The notes below the pieces were generated by a model. That model was not told where the DNA came from. It worked only from the letters and a program-made list of their open reading frames with translations, and ran no database searches. A stretch of 64,000 nucleotides of DNA from the NCBI GenBank assembly GCA_964016885.1, contig OZ024746.1, positions 10,726,001 through 10,790,000 of the forward strand. The letters are read 5' to 3'. Every line of letters starts with the position of its first letter. The first letter of the stretch is position 1. Below are positions 34,892 to 50,210 of this stretch, piece by piece. This DNA comes from Eledone cirrhosa. Its lineage: Eukaryota. A program made the position numbers and the translations under genes.

Positions 34892-35421
34892 GTACAATAA
34901 TAATAATAATAATAATAAAAGTAAAGAAGAAAGAGGGGAGAATGGAGAAACGGAGAAAAGACTGAGAAACAAGAAAAAAATAACAAGATCAGGATAAAAA
35001 ATGTGAATATGACTTTGTATACCTATTTATTTATATACGAGTTGTTACAGATAAAATAGTGGCGTCTGTACCATTATATATATGAGTTGTGCCATTCGCA
35101 ACCTTGTTTACATTTGAATAACTTCCTGCTACTATCATCCAATATCTATGAAGGGGTTTAAGCAAATACTGATATGTTCTACGTTCTACGTTCAATGAAA
35201 CGAAATAGCTTAAGTACGAGATCTAACTTCACAGCGAGACTGAATGTATATTTATTAACCATTATATACATATGTGCAAGTATAAGTAGGAGTTTTCCAT
35301 CACACACCGTGACACATTCAGCAATGGTTTTCTGCTATGAAAAACACCTTGTTTGTGAAATTCGATACGCACCCACACTCAAACATATACATATATTCTT
35401 TCTTTCTTTCTTTCTTGCTTT

Positions 35422-35456
<35 letters not shown>

Positions 35457-35508
35457 TCTTGCTTGCTTGCTTGCTTGCTTGCTTTCTTTCTTTCTTTCTT
35501 TCTCTCTT

Positions 35509-35579
<71 letters not shown>

Positions 35580-36009
35580 TCCCTCTCTCTCTCTCCTTCA
35601 TGCACACACACACAGAGGCACACACACACAGGCACACACGCACACATGTGTGTGGGTGCCTGTGTTTATGTTTACACATCTTAATATACCATGCTATTTA
35701 TGTCTCGTCACCTAGCTGTTCGACTAATGGAGATCAATAAAATAGCTGCCAGGTGTAAAAATAAATACAGGGTTCGATATGATTGATTGAAACCTAGAAG
35801 GAAGTGCTCCAGCTTGGCAGAAGACAAGTGAGTAAAATCAGTAAAAGATTAAAAGTATAAAGGGATACTTATTCATAATCCCGTTGATTGATACTGAAAC
35901 AACTCTCAAAACAAGCTGATCGATAACAAATATATCGAAGTATCAGCAGAAAGATAGCAAATATATAACAAAACACATTGATTCGGAATAACACGTATTA
36001 TTGAATAAT

Positions 36010-36215
36010 ATTGATTTCTACTATAAGTACAAGGTAAGTAATTTTGTGGTGGCGGGGAAAGTCGATTAAATTGACCCCAGTACTTACTGGTGATTTAATT
36101 TATCGAACCAGTAAAGATGAAAAGCAAAGCTGATCTCGGCGGGATTTGAACTCAGAACGAAGAGGGCCGTAACTCTATGTCATGGTGTCCAACGCTCTAC
36201 TGATACTGCCAATCC
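36010..36215 (-). mobile_element. Family 1 SINE, diverged
   Basis: GGCGGGATTTGAACTCAG and TACTGCCAATCC on the plus strand. Confidence 0.8.
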
Positions 36216-37036
36216 ATAGCATTGAATAATATCAAATCAAAATAAAATAAAATAGTGCAAGGGGTATCTAAATAGGTCACATGATTCTATGGCGAAGAAA
36301 GCGTTTTAGTAACAACGACGTACGATATTAGATATGTTCAGTGGTAAATAAGTCGAAGAAAAATATATCTCTATAGGACAAATGAAGGTGTCTATTGCGT
36401 GTGAAACTAATGACATATATTCCAAATTAGTATTCACATGTTGATTGTACTGAGTATGACAAACCTAATTAGATATGGTTACTAGGCGAAGAAATGACAC
36501 CTTTGGTCCAATTACTAATATTGAGTTTAATAATTTCTGGAAGTACGGGAGACAACTCCAGATATATTTCAATCACCGAAACATAGTTGCCATCATACCT
36601 TCTGAAGTAGTCACGAGAGAATCATTAACTGCATGTAAAATATTGTCCACCATTAGACGTGTAAAATTAGCATATTTAACAAGATAAAACAACGGGGTTA
36701 ATGACGTTGAGAAATTGTTTTCAGTATTATATTTTTTTTAATTATCGCAAGATAATTATGATTTACGTGTTGGTCGATACCAACTCGAAATATACCATAA
36801 ATCATACCGTAGTGCGCTTGTGAAGGCCCTACATTAATCAATAATTAAAGTGTCTTTGGCAGGAGTCATCATCATGTGGTGCACCTGTGAAACCCTACAC
36901 TAATCTACAGTTAAAGGGTCTTTGGAAGAAGTATCAAACGAAAATAAAGTAACAATATCCTGTTTAGAAAACAGAAAGAAATGCAGATATAAACTTCCAT
37001 AATACATACATACATAGATACATACATACATATTCA

Positions 37037-37338
37037 TGATGGCTGCCCCCTCGTTATCGAGTATGGCCATTGCATGATATAATATTATTAATAATTTTAA
37101 TTAATTCTATCGTGCAATGCCTGTGCGTGAAGATATTTTTTTAAAGTGAGGAAAGACTGTGCACTGAGCCAATCCCACTCTATGAGCGACAGTAGCTATA
37201 ACCCGAAAAGAAGAAAAGATCAACATCATCGGTAACTACTGAGCTGTAGGTTTTATATCGGAGTTATCCCAGTTTCCTGAGTTGCCTTCTCCTAGAAGAA
37301 TGCCCTGACAAAGGCTAGGGGTCCTTCACTCCCAGAGA
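37037..37338 (-). mobile_element. Short element sharing the 3' tail of the RTE at 54241-54945, in (CATA)n
   Basis: TGATGGCTGCCCCCTCGTTATCGAGTATGGCCATTGCA is the reverse complement of 54908-54945. Confidence 0.6.
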
Positions 37339-37876
37339 ATACATATTCATACATACATGCACACATACATGCATACATAGATATATACATATTCATACAT
37401 ACATACATATACACATACATACATACATACATACATACATACATACATACATACATACATACATACATGATGACTGCAACTCGATTTTGAGTAATGCCAT
37501 CGCTTGACTCTTAAGCATGGGCATCACAGACGTGGCTTTTCAGTCCTGTTAGGGATTTGCCTATGGCCAGTAACACCTTGCATCGCAAAAAATGTCACAT
37601 ATCAAGTGATGCCTGTCCCTGAAGCTATTTCAAGTGAAGAAAGGCTTTGCACGGAACTAATCCCATTCTCTGAACATCGAATGCATTTGCTCCAAAAGAA
37701 GAACTGGTCTACATCATTGGATGTAAACGAAGTCGCAGGTTTTATATCAGTGTGACCTTCTCATAGAAAACATACATACATACATACATATATTCATACA
37801 AACACACATACATACATACATACATGCATATGCATACATATAAATATAAACATAAATGTATGCCTACCTGTGTACA

Positions 37877-37949
<73 letters not shown>

Positions 37950-37998
37950 CAAGGCTCTGATACCAACACACAGAGCTGGCATATCTAAGAACTGACTA

Positions 37999-38054
37999 AC
38001 TGCCTGATGAAGTCATACCCATTCAATGGCTATCATCGAAATATATATAGCAGT
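37999..38054 (+). ncRNA. Type I hammerhead ribozyme (family C, copy 1)
   Basis: ACTGC-CTGATGA-stem II-GAAA-TATATA-TA-GCAGT. Confidence 0.82.
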
Positions 38055-38099
38055 AAATAAAGGATTATGAGTTCATGCAATTGACTTATGTTTCGTCAC

Positions 38100-38176
<77 letters not shown>

Positions 38177-38220
38177 AAGTTAAATAAAAGTCAAATGATT
38201 AAAATTTAGCTTCGTTTATT

Positions 38221-38275
38221 ACTGCTATATATATTTCAATGACAGCCATCTTTGGCTGTGACCTCTTCAGGCAGT
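38221..38275 (-). ncRNA. Type I hammerhead ribozyme (family C, copy 2)
   Basis: Minus strand ACTGC-CTGAAGA-GGTC-ACAGCCA-AAGA-TGGCTGT-CATT-GAAA-TATATA-TA-GCAGT. Confidence 0.85.
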
Positions 38276-38329
38276 TTGAATTAGTATGGTATAGACAAGT
38301 ACATATGTTGTTTAGGTGTATAATATTGT

Positions 38330-38430
38330 CAATACTCTGATATGCCCAGTTCCTTGTTGGGTTGTTAATTCACTGAGGAACTGGCCGTCGAAACGGCTTG
38401 AGCTCAGCCGTCGGGGTCTTACTTACTCCT
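38330..38430 (+). mobile_element. Family A-related remnant with a degenerate full-length hammerhead
   Basis: CTGATA..CCAGTTCCT...AGGAACTGG..GAAA-CGGC-TTGAGCTCA-GCCG-TC-GGGGT, then (TA)n. Confidence 0.55.
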
Positions 38431-38980
38431 ATATATATATATATATATATTAGCTATTCCACATCAAATTGAACTTGATTACACTCAACTGATAATTCCA
38501 GAACGTTTTGTTTACTCCTACTGTTCCTTATTGTCATTCTGAAGCCTTTCTCCCCTCCTCCAACCAATTCTTACTTTTGTTAGATCTTTTTTTCTCTCTG
38601 CTGACTTTATCTCAATCATTGCTTCAACAATAAAATAAAACAAAACATCGTTATATAAAAGTTTTTTACCACCTACGGTTGGTTCGTATTGTGTCTGCTT
38701 TCTTTCGAGTCTTCTTTTTCGGAAAACAACGCCTTAATTAAGAGGACATACTCATCCGTCTGGTATTTGTGTAATATCTACTTAGTAACGTCTTCTTCAT
38801 ACAACTTGCAAAGAAAAAAATAACATAGAAAATGTACATAGATATTCAAACAAAAAGAAAATACTGTAGAAGACATTCTAAATCTAAATCTATTCATGGA
38901 ATTTTATCGCATGTTAATGTATTTAAGTCTAGATTGATGTGAGTGTGTATATATGTGTGTATATATGCGTGTGTATGTGC

Positions 38981-39822
<842 letters not shown>

Positions 39823-39823
<1 letters not shown>

Positions 39824-40230
39824 TTGTTATACTTGGGGAGGGTCATATTTGTGTAATAATATTGCCAGAATTAATAACAGGACACACTCACTGTTTGGTT
39901 GGTTTTCGCTTCTGTTTATTTTATATCGGTTAATTTAATTTATTCGGTCCTCAATGTTACCATTGACTGACCAACGGTCAAAAATACAGATACAATATAG
40001 ACACAAACACATATATATAGTCTAACAAAGTTCTTTCGTTGCACATCTGCAACATCGTCAGTGGTGCTATTATGTTTCCTCCCGTTGTATTGTATGCCTA
40101 CGCCATCTTTATTTAGTCTGTTTATTTATTTATTTATTTAGTCAATGGTAACATTGAGGACCGAATAAATTAAATTAACCAATATAAAAGACACAGAAGC
40201 GAAAACCAACCAAACAGTGAGTGTGTTCTG

Positions 40231-40233
<3 letters not shown>
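39823..40233 (-). mobile_element. Fold-back Penelope-like remnant, family D, hammerhead core 40025-40064 (-)
   Basis: Minus strand CTGACGA-T-GTTGCA-GATG-TGCAAC-GAAA-GAAC-TT; inverted arm 40141-40233; homologous to 60558-61022. Confidence 0.75.
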
Positions 40234-40289
<56 letters not shown>

Positions 40290-40372
40290 TACACACAGGC
40301 ATACACACACAAATATATATATACGTGAATGTATGTATGTGTGCGTGTGTGCGTGTGTTTGTGCGTCTCCCC

Positions 40373-40460
<88 letters not shown>

Positions 40461-40933
40461 CACACATATGTGATATATATATATATAAATATATACACAG
40501 ACACAGACATACACATATATATATGTGTATGTGTGTGTATGTGTGTTTATATGTGAAAGTTCGGTAAGTATGTAATGTCTTTCAATTCTTCCTACCAAGA
40601 AGAAAATATTCTCTATCGTTTGAGTTAAAATAACAGTAGTGAATAATTACATATTGAATTTTAAATATGCCTTGCATATTTTCACTGTTCTGCTTTCATG
40701 TTGCATAAATAAAATACATGTTGCATGGCCAACACCACAGACTTTCAAAGTGATTTCTCAAACACTTAATAACCTAATAAAATGCACCATCTAAATATGT
40801 AATTTAATTCGAGAAGTTATAAGCTTTGAAACAGTTGTACATAAATGTCTTTAGTCTCTTTGATATTGAAGGTGAGCTGGGCTGTACAATAGTATTTCAC
40901 TTTTATTTTAGTAGGGGAGAGAGACAAATGACC

Positions 40934-41272
40934 ACTCTCGGGTCTCGAATAATCGCCCTCACCCCACACGCTTATTAATTTTTCAGATTTTATTCACCCC
41001 TTGCTCTTATTAAATTTTGTTAATCTATCTCAGGCGAAACTTTTCTTTATACATTAAAAGAACATTATACATGAGGACAAAAGGTACATTACTAGAAATC
41101 TCATGTTATAAAATAAATAGGATGGGTTGGGGTCTCAATATGTGAACTATACCACTAATTCTGGTTTAAAAAAAATCAATGAAGACAACCTAGAAAAAGT
41201 TATCGATTTTCTAGCCCCTTACTTATGCCACCATCGCTTATTGTTCCCCCTTTATTATTTGGGACCCGAGAA
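40934..41272. mobile_element. MITE with imperfect TIRs (ACTCTCGGGTCYCRAATAA)
   Basis: ACTCTCGGGTCTCGAATAAT ... TATTATTTGGGACCCGAGAA-TA. Confidence 0.6.
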
Positions 41273-41835
41273 TATGTAAGATCATTTGTAGTTATTATTG
41301 TTTAATTGTCGGTCAAAGCCGACGTATAACCTCCTGGTATAAAGTCGAATGTTTCTATAGTAATGGTGTTTCTTTGTGTTGAACCCAATCTGCTCTAAAT
41401 ATATTTCTGCGGGGTCTTCATTTGTTTAGCATGCAGTTTAAATGTGCCGTGAATATTGTAGGTGCTTGTAACTCATCGTATGTTTGTGTTATATACACAC
41501 AAACGGCGGATAACAGAAGCCACGTACCGTTCCTCTCCGACAGATGACTTTCCCCATCGGAAAAGCCCCCAGTTGATGGATGCGAAATCCGAAATATAGG
41601 GACAATTAAATCTCTCCCAAGGTAACTCTATCTCGTGTTATTATCTTTATTTTTACGCTCTTTCCTACGTTCCTCTACACACTCTACATCTCATTCTACA
41701 TCTTCTCTTACATCTCTCTCTTCATCACCGGATTCTGTTACCCGGAGAATTACCCATCTGCATCGTTGAGGCTTCCAAAACGACCAAACTTTTTATTATT
41801 CCACAATGCTTCAAGCAAACTTCAATACTCTCTCT

Positions 41836-41877
<42 letters not shown>

Positions 41878-42009
41878 TATGTCTACATACATACATACAT
41901 ATATGTATACAGACGTACAGCCGTACTAAGAGTGAGAAATGAAATTTCGTTTCATTTTTTCCGTTTATATATATATATATATAAGAGAGTATTGACCTTT
42001 CCAAAGAAT

Positions 42010-42113
<104 letters not shown>

Positions 42114-42916
42114 ATGTGTGTCTGTATACGTGTGTGTGTGTTTGTGTATGCGTGTGATATTTTGTTGGTTCAGATGGTTTTATTTGGTATCGTCTAGCCT
42201 TAAAGGGGAAACTTGTATTTGGTATGTACTACTTTAAGTCAGTAGAGTGTCGAATATATACAATGGTATGCATCTAACGACATGGTACTGATGTCTGTAC
42301 ATGTATGTCTGTACATGTATGGATGTACATGTATGTACATGTATGTCTGTACATGTATGTCTGTACATGTATGTCTGTACATGTATGGATGTACATGTAT
42401 GTGCATGTATGGATGTAAATGTATGCTTGCGTATAATTCTGTTTAAAATGATGGCTAAACATTTCCACCCTTTCTTCGTCTTTGGTCGTTTTGCTCTTTT
42501 TTTCTTTAATATCTTAGTATTTTATTTAACTTTAATTATGTTTTACATTCGAGTATGGATATTATATTTATTTGACATCACATAATCTTGGGGGAATTGC
42601 TTGAGGGTTTAGGGTCAATGGTATACGAGAGGGTAGGACTAGACCTGTTGCATAACGGGGTTGTAGTCACTGCAGGTTACAATGGATATTTAATAGCTAT
42701 TCTTATACAGAAACTGCATAATTTGACGGTTGCAGCTTGAAAAGGTCCGTCTCTCCCATTTAGAGCGGGTTAAAGATTAGGATATATGGATGATGTCTGA
42801 GGTAAGGATTTTGTGGGGATGTCTTAGCTCTAATATAGTTCTATCATTCTGTCTATTTATCTAACTATCTAGGAGAGACAAAGAGAGGCAGAAAGAAGGA
42901 GAAAGAGAGAGAGAGA

Positions 42917-42983
<67 letters not shown>

Positions 42984-43554
42984 TGTATGTGATTGAGAGA
43001 AAAATAGAGAAACAAAGACCTAATGTATGCCTGTGTATCTGTCTGTATGTCAGTCTGTCTCTGTATTGATCTACATATATGTTTGTTTCTCTCTCTCACT
43101 CAGACAGCCTGTCTGTCTCTGACATTTTCACTATCTTTCCTTCACTCAACAAGACAAGGCAATGTTGAAAGAGAGATGAAAGAGAGAGAGAGGAAAGAAA
43201 GAGGGGAGAACGAGGGAGAGATATGATCTAACAGATATACAGAAACAAAGTGACTGAGAAGGCATTAAACACAGACAAAGAGAATGATGACTGTAAAATA
43301 TTAACTAGTCTAAATCTATTTTCATTATGCTTACAGTTTATATACGATTTCCTATCTTGATTAGAAAGGCGACAATTTGAAACAGTAAAACATGGTATGA
43401 GAGAGTGAACTGCTATCATTCATTGAACAAACTCCATCTCTACTTATAAAGAAATGGAACAATCAATATATGACAATCAGTTATTTCCATCTCACATTTT
43501 ATGTGGACTTGAAAAGTGACAAGTTTATACCACCCAGAAAATAGTTTCAAAGCG

Positions 43555-44089
43555 AAAGAAAAAGGTTTTAAGTTATCATGTGCTAGATATTTTATTTTAA
43601 TTCGAGAATTATGCAATGCATAGTTTATTGTCAATATTAACATCTTTGGTGAGGGTGCCGGACTTGCAGAATTGGTAAAGTGTCAGATAAAATGTCACTG
43701 TGGTGTTTGTTCTGCCACGATCACATTTGCTTTTCATTTTTCCGACATCGATAAAATTAAAGTAGAGCCAAGTACTGGGATTTATTTAATCTGCTTTACC
43801 TGTCCCTCAAATTTGCTGGTTTTGTGTCCGAATTAGAAATCAATATTTATATTAGAAATTCTGAGAATCTGTATATTTGTGAAGAATATTAAAGTAAAAG
43901 GTATTTTAAAGAAACCTTTTGTTAGTGAGAGATCTTCTTTCATCCACATGCCATCGTTACTTCATAATTATTTAATTTTCGTTCAATTTATTTCATATTT
44001 AACGTTTAATTCAATCCCTTAAGTTCGGTACAATAAGCACAGAAATTCAACATGTTTGCCTCTCCAAATGACAAAGGATATCGGATTAA
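43555..44089 (-). repeat. Inverted duplicate of 23253-23804
   Basis: See partner feature. Confidence 0.9.
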
Positions 44090-45164
44090 ATACCTTACAC
44101 CATCGTGTTCCTTTCATCTACCATTCTCAGACCAAATTATATCGGATTGGCTTTGAAATAAATGTTTAAAATATTTAGTATCGGTTTTCTGTTTTCCAAT
44201 AATAATGGTCGGTTTTGCTACTCAGTCTTTTGAGATTGAGAACATATGTACAATACGTTTACTGGGTTCAAGGAAATATACGAATACATTGCGAATTTCT
44301 GGTCATGTATCAAAGTAATATTTTGTAAGTTTTATCCATATCTATAAATTTTAAGCGATGTTTTCGCGAATACACCCCCCACACACTCACTCACACACAC
44401 ACACGCACGCACCTATACGTACACACATGCACTCACAGTCAAAGCTTCAATCAAATATTTTAGCCCATGGCACATATCTAACGTAGCCCACCTTATAAGC
44501 CAGCCATTTATGAGCCGACGATAACATACATAATGATGATGGTTAAATTGAGGCTGAAATTTCCAGACCATTGTGGAATGTGTATTTGCTTTTATTTGTA
44601 ATTTGACAATTAGAACTTCATCTATCTAAGCTTTAGGCTGGTCGAATCACAAAGTAAAACAATATCTATACGTATATGAATAAAAGAAAAGAAAATTGAC
44701 AAACAGTCTCACAAAGCAAATACAGAAGTATATATGTACTGCTAATAGGTTCGTTGCTATGAGATGGACTCAACACACAGCGTTCATCTGTATATGGCAA
44801 TGTTTACAGCCTTAATTGTGTCTTCTAAATTGCAATGTATATTGCAATGTCTACTAAATTGCAATGTATTGCAGTGTAGTCAGTTGATTTCAGATATGAA
44901 ATTTACGTCATCATAGTCGTATATATAGCAAGCAGACAGACTACTATTAGCAAGCATGTGCCGCTATTTGGCTTCAATACTGTTAATATATAATCTAAAA
45001 TGTGTTCTAGTCCTATTAATTCTTCCTGCTATTATGTCTTCAACACTATATTTTATTCGCTCGTTTGCTCCATTTTCCAAACTACTTTGTTTATGCTCTC
45101 CTTGTTACTGAAGCTTCCATGCCTTGGTTTTTTTGTTTGTTGTAGTTGCTTTTACCCCCCATCG

Positions 45165-46112
45165 TCCTCATCCTTGTGATGTTGTTGCTGTTACTGTTAT
45201 TGATGTCATCCTTGTGATGTTGTTGATGTTGTTGATGTTGTTGATGTCATCCTTGTGATGTTGTTGATGTTGCTGTTATTGATGTCATCCTTGTGATGTT
45301 GTTGCTGTTGTTGATGTTGTTGATGTCATCCTTGTGATGTTGTTGATGTTGTTGCTGTTGTTGGTGTTTCTGTTAGTGATGGGGGTTGAAATAGAATCAA
45401 TTATTTTTATTGCGAATTATTATTGCGGTCGTCGTTGTTTCCACTTCTGCCGTTGTTGTTGTTTTTGTTTTTCGATGTTATTTATCTATTTATTTCTCTT
45501 TTGGCCAAATTATTGTGTTTTTATAGATATTACTACAGATGGCGCTGTTGACTGTTTTTTAATTATTGTTTTCGTGGTGGTGGTGGCGGTCGTCGTCGTC
45601 GTCGTTGTTGTTGTTGATGTCGATACCAATGTATCTATTTCTGTCATCGTCATTATTATTTCCGTTATTGCTGTTGTTGTTGTTTCTGTGTTCTTGTTAC
45701 TGCTGTTGTTGTTGTTTCTGTGTTCTTGTTACTGCTGTTGTTGTTGTTTCTGTGTTCTTGTTACTGCTGTTGTTGTTGTTTCTGTGTTCTTGTTACTGCT
45801 GTTGTTGTTGTTTCTGTGTTCTTGTTACTGCTGTTGTTGTTTCTGTGTTCTTGTTACTGCTGTTGTTGTTGTTTCTGTGTTCTTGTTACTGCTGTTGTTG
45901 TTGTTTCTGTGTTCTTGTTACTGCTGTTGTTGTTTCTGTGTTCTTGTTACTGCTGTTGTTGTTGTTTCTGTGTTCTTGTTACTGCTGTTGTTGTTTCTGT
46001 GTTCTTGTTACTGCTGTTGTTGTTGTTTCTGTGTTCTTGTTACTGCTGTTGTTGTTGTTTCTGTGTTCTTGTTACTGCTGTTGTTGTTTCTGTGTTCTTG
46101 TTACTGCTGTTG
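45165..46112. repeat. GTT-rich minisatellites (45165-45362; 27/30-bp unit TGTTGTTGTTTCTGTGTTCTTGTTACTGC at about 45670-46112)
   Basis: Direct reading. Confidence 0.9.
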
Positions 46113-47100
46113 TCATTTTAATGTTTTAAGATATATTTTCTGTTACTTGTGAATATTGATTCGTTTTGTTTTTTGTATAGCTTAAACTGAGATAAAAACC
46201 TTCAGCTTTTCTAAACGTTTTCTCAAACAGAACATTTGTGACCTCTGGTTCAAGTTAGTATGAGATATCTTTAACAAATAGTAAGACCTGTCAAGTGACA
46301 TTGGGTTGACAGAAACTGTTTGGAAGCCCTTCAAATGCAATGTCCCTGTAATTCAAAGCGCCAGCATTGTCACACACTGTCACGCTGAATCTCTCTGAAA
46401 ATTATGTTATGGGTACACGTATCTGTGGAATGCTAAGCCACTTACACGTTAATTTGATGAGCAGACTGTTCAGTTGATTGAACAACCGGAACTCCAACCG
46501 TCGAAACCGACGAAGGTCCATCATCCCATTATTATAAGCAGTCGGAAATTTGTGTAAAACTGTCGAGTGCGTCTCATTTACTTGCAGTACTAAGGTGATG
46601 TTTAGCCGAGAGTTTAATATTTAGAGTTGAAGCCACTGTAGCTAAATATATATCGATAGAAATATGTTATAGGGGGGAAAACAAGACTGTGTAGTTAACG
46701 CTGTAATACTTGCACGTCACAAATAAATATATAAATGATAAACATTGATTAATTATATAACGGGGCGTGTTTTTAGATGAATAGAAGCTGTTCACAAATG
46801 GAATTGATTTAGACTCTGGCGAAGGAAATCCAACCCTTTTTCTGTAATTTTCGCTACGTTGCATAAGTAGAGATACAATGGGAATTTGTCCTAGATATTT
46901 ATAAATTTTGAAAAGAAAGAATAAGTGTAGAAGAGGGAGGAGGACTGAGTAGCTGAAATGGTATAGTATAGGACACACTTCCATGTTGTTGTTGTTGTTA
47001 CAGCTCACATCTATGCAGGTTTAGTTGGCCTCCTCCAAGTTATATCTCGTTGGAGATGTCTTGGGTGATTTAATGATATGGACCCCCAGTCCTATCATGA

Positions 47101-47241
47101 CAGTTCTATGGCTGAGTAAACTGGAGCAACGTGAAATAAAGTGTCTTGCTCAAGGAAACAACACATCACCCGGTCCGATAATTGAACTCACAACCTTTCG
47201 ATTGCAAGCCCAATGATCTAACCACTAAGACATGCGCCTTC
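47101..47241 (-). mobile_element. Family 2 SINE (head and body)
   Basis: Reverse complement of about 15329-15468. Confidence 0.8.
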
Positions 47242-47352
47242 ACACTTCCATGCAGTAGATATTTACACCTCTCTACATTCTGAATTCAAATCCCACAAGA
47301 GCTGACTTTTTTTTCATTATTCTAGGCTCAATAAATTGAGTATCAATTTGAC

Positions 47353-48250
47353 ACAGAAGCCACATTAAACAGATCCTACATTAAACAGAACCTACATTAA
47401 AGAGAACCTACATTAAACAGAAGCCACATTAAATAGAATCCACATTAAACAGAACCTACATTAAACAGAACCTACATTACACAGAACCTACATTAAACAG
47501 AAGCCACATTAAATAGAAGCCACATTAAACAGAACCTACATTAAATAGCACCCACATTAAACAGAACCTACATTAAACAGAACCCACATTAAACAGAACC
47601 TACATTAAACAGAACCTACATTAAACAGAAGCCACATTAAATAGAAGTCACATTAAACAGAACCTACATTAAACAGAAGCCACATTAAACAGAACCTACA
47701 TTAAACAGAACCTACATTAAAGAGAACCTACATTAAACAGAAGCCACATTAAACAGAACCTACATTAAACAGAACCTACATTAAACAGAACCTACATTAA
47801 ACAGAAGCCACATTAAACAGAACCTACATTAAACAGAACCTACATTAAAGAGAACCTACATTAAACAGAAGCCACATTAAATATAACCCACATTAAACAG
47901 AACCTACATTAAACAAAACCTACATTAAACAGAAGCCACATTAACCCTTTAATGTTCAAACCGGCCAAAACCGGCCAGAACTCTCTACCCCTTTCTGTTG
48001 AAACTGGCTGTAACTGGTCACTCAAACTGATATTAAGGTATTGTGCTCAAAATAAATACTTTCAAAATCTCATAGATTCGATATTATGTGAGATAATTAT
48101 GTGAGGTAAAGCCTTTACTGTGAAAATATAATAGTATATATAAAATAATGTGAATGCTAAAGGGTTAAACAGAACCTACATTAAACAGAACCCACATTAA
48201 ACAGAACCCACATTAAACAGAACCTACATTAAACAGAAGCCACATTAAAC
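47353..48250. repeat. 16/17-bp minisatellite (ACATTAAACAGAACCT / ACATTAAACAGAAGCC)
   Basis: Direct reading; interrupted at 47945-48164. Confidence 0.93.
47945..48164. mobile_element. Non-autonomous piggyBac-type MITE
   Basis: TTAA-CCCTTTAATGTT ... AATGCTAAAGGG-TTAA; TTAA target duplication and CCC/GGG termini. Confidence 0.85.
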
Positions 48251-48388
48251 AACGATGTAAGGAGGCTGAGTGCCATCCTGAGCACCTGTACGAGCAATGG
48301 ACGACAGAGTTGGGTGGAGAAAGAGAATCATGGCGATCCATGCAGCCAACACACTAAGATGATGAAATGATCACACACACACACACGC

Positions 48389-48477
<89 letters not shown>

Positions 48478-48692
48478 CATATATATATAGTATATATGTA
48501 GCCGATCACTCAAACTTTTACGAAGCGCTGAGGGGATAAAGTTAATATAGCGGTCGATGTGTGTGTATGTGTGAGTGTGTATGTGTGCGTGTATGTGTGA
48601 ATGTGTGTTAGTTACACACCTAACCTATAGTTACACATCTAATCTGACTTCGATTCTACTTAATCAATCTCTCTCTCCCCCCTCTCTGCCTG

Positions 48693-48773
<81 letters not shown>

Positions 48774-48795
48774 CATATATATATATATACATACA

Positions 48796-48962
48796 TTGAT
48801 TTACCAGGCTAAAATTCTAATTTAGTCCAGAAATAGCCGTCGAAACGGCTTGAGCTCTGCCGTCGGGGTCATACTTTTTCCTATTACCCACTCTACTACC
48901 CTAAGTATTGAGTACTCTGGTGCGTTATGGTCCATCTGGTTCCTTACCACAATTCCTTCGTT
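48796..48962 (+). mobile_element. Family A remnant (single arm plus tail)
   Basis: GTCCAGAAATAGCCGTCGAAACGGC...ACAATTCCTTCGTT between (TA)n tracts. Confidence 0.75.
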
Positions 48963-48996
48963 ATATATACATACATATATATATACATATATATAC

Positions 48997-49027
<31 letters not shown>

Positions 49028-49464
49028 CATATATATATACACAGATATATATATATATATATATATATAGAACATTGAATTGAAATTGTAATTGCCATGA
49101 AGCCAATTCTTGCCTTGGTTTCGCTTCGTCACGAACGCATCCTTGTAACTTCCTTCATATTAACTCTCAGAATAGATGTTCTTAAGTAAATAGTACATGG
49201 AATAACGGTGCCTAAATAACATAAAACATATTAGTCTCGTTATGCTAGGAACATTGTCTTTAGCATTTCAATTCAAATAGCATTTTTATTTATTAATCTA
49301 GATTCGTTTATCATTTATGCGTAATTTCTTTTACATTACTCTTTGACAGTCCCGGGAGAATTGGCACTTGTATGCAAATTTGGAAACGTCACTATGTATT
49401 AAGATGCAAATAATTCACACGGATTTTCCGTATATATATATATATATATGTATACACACACACA

Positions 49465-49495
<31 letters not shown>

Positions 49496-49569
49496 ATATA
49501 TATATAATATACCGATACACACATATATATATGTACATGTGTGTGTGTGCATGAATACACACCCACACT

Positions 49570-49662
<93 letters not shown>

Positions 49663-49899
49663 CTATATCTATATCTATATGTGTGTGTACATATATACAT
49701 ACTTCGTCGGTGAATTGAAATTTCAATATACACACATAGGAAAATATTTTATACAGTATCACAATAAGATAAATATACGGGAACCATCAGAGAGAATAGA
49801 CTCTCTTTTCAACTATTAATAGATATATACAAACATTAATAGATATATACTTAACGAATGCTCTGAAATTGGTTTTTAAACAATGAAATTAGAGTTTTA

Positions 49900-50210
49900 A
49901 AGAAGAAGTTTACATGAGTGAAAGATTCTGGAACAACATAGTAAGAGACGAAAATAGAATGAAGCCCCAGCAACTGGGAGATAAGTCCGCAAATCACTTG
50001 CTAAGCTCACACAGCGCTCGCGAAATGGAAAGATTGTATGCTTTCCAACGGACAAGTCTGGCAGAATGTCAGTAGACAGCCTGCCAAACTACATTCAGGC
50101 AATGCAACCCCACATCATCAACAAAAGAGAAGCAACACCACAAGAGCACGAAGAAAGAGAAAAGCCCTCAACGCTCACACGAGGATGTGGTCTAGCACAA
50201 TTCAACCAAA
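49900..50210 (+). pseudogene. Penelope-like reverse transcriptase N-terminal fragment
   Basis: KSLAKLTQRSRNGKIVCFPTDKSGRMSVDSLPNYIQAMQPH..E/KALNAHTRMW; resembles the DKG-type motif that precedes the RT core in PLEs; frameshifted. Confidence 0.55.

Noticed and set aside
45334-46152. Cys/Leu/Val-rich ORFs in three frames
   Set aside because: 27/30-bp minisatellite open in all frames.
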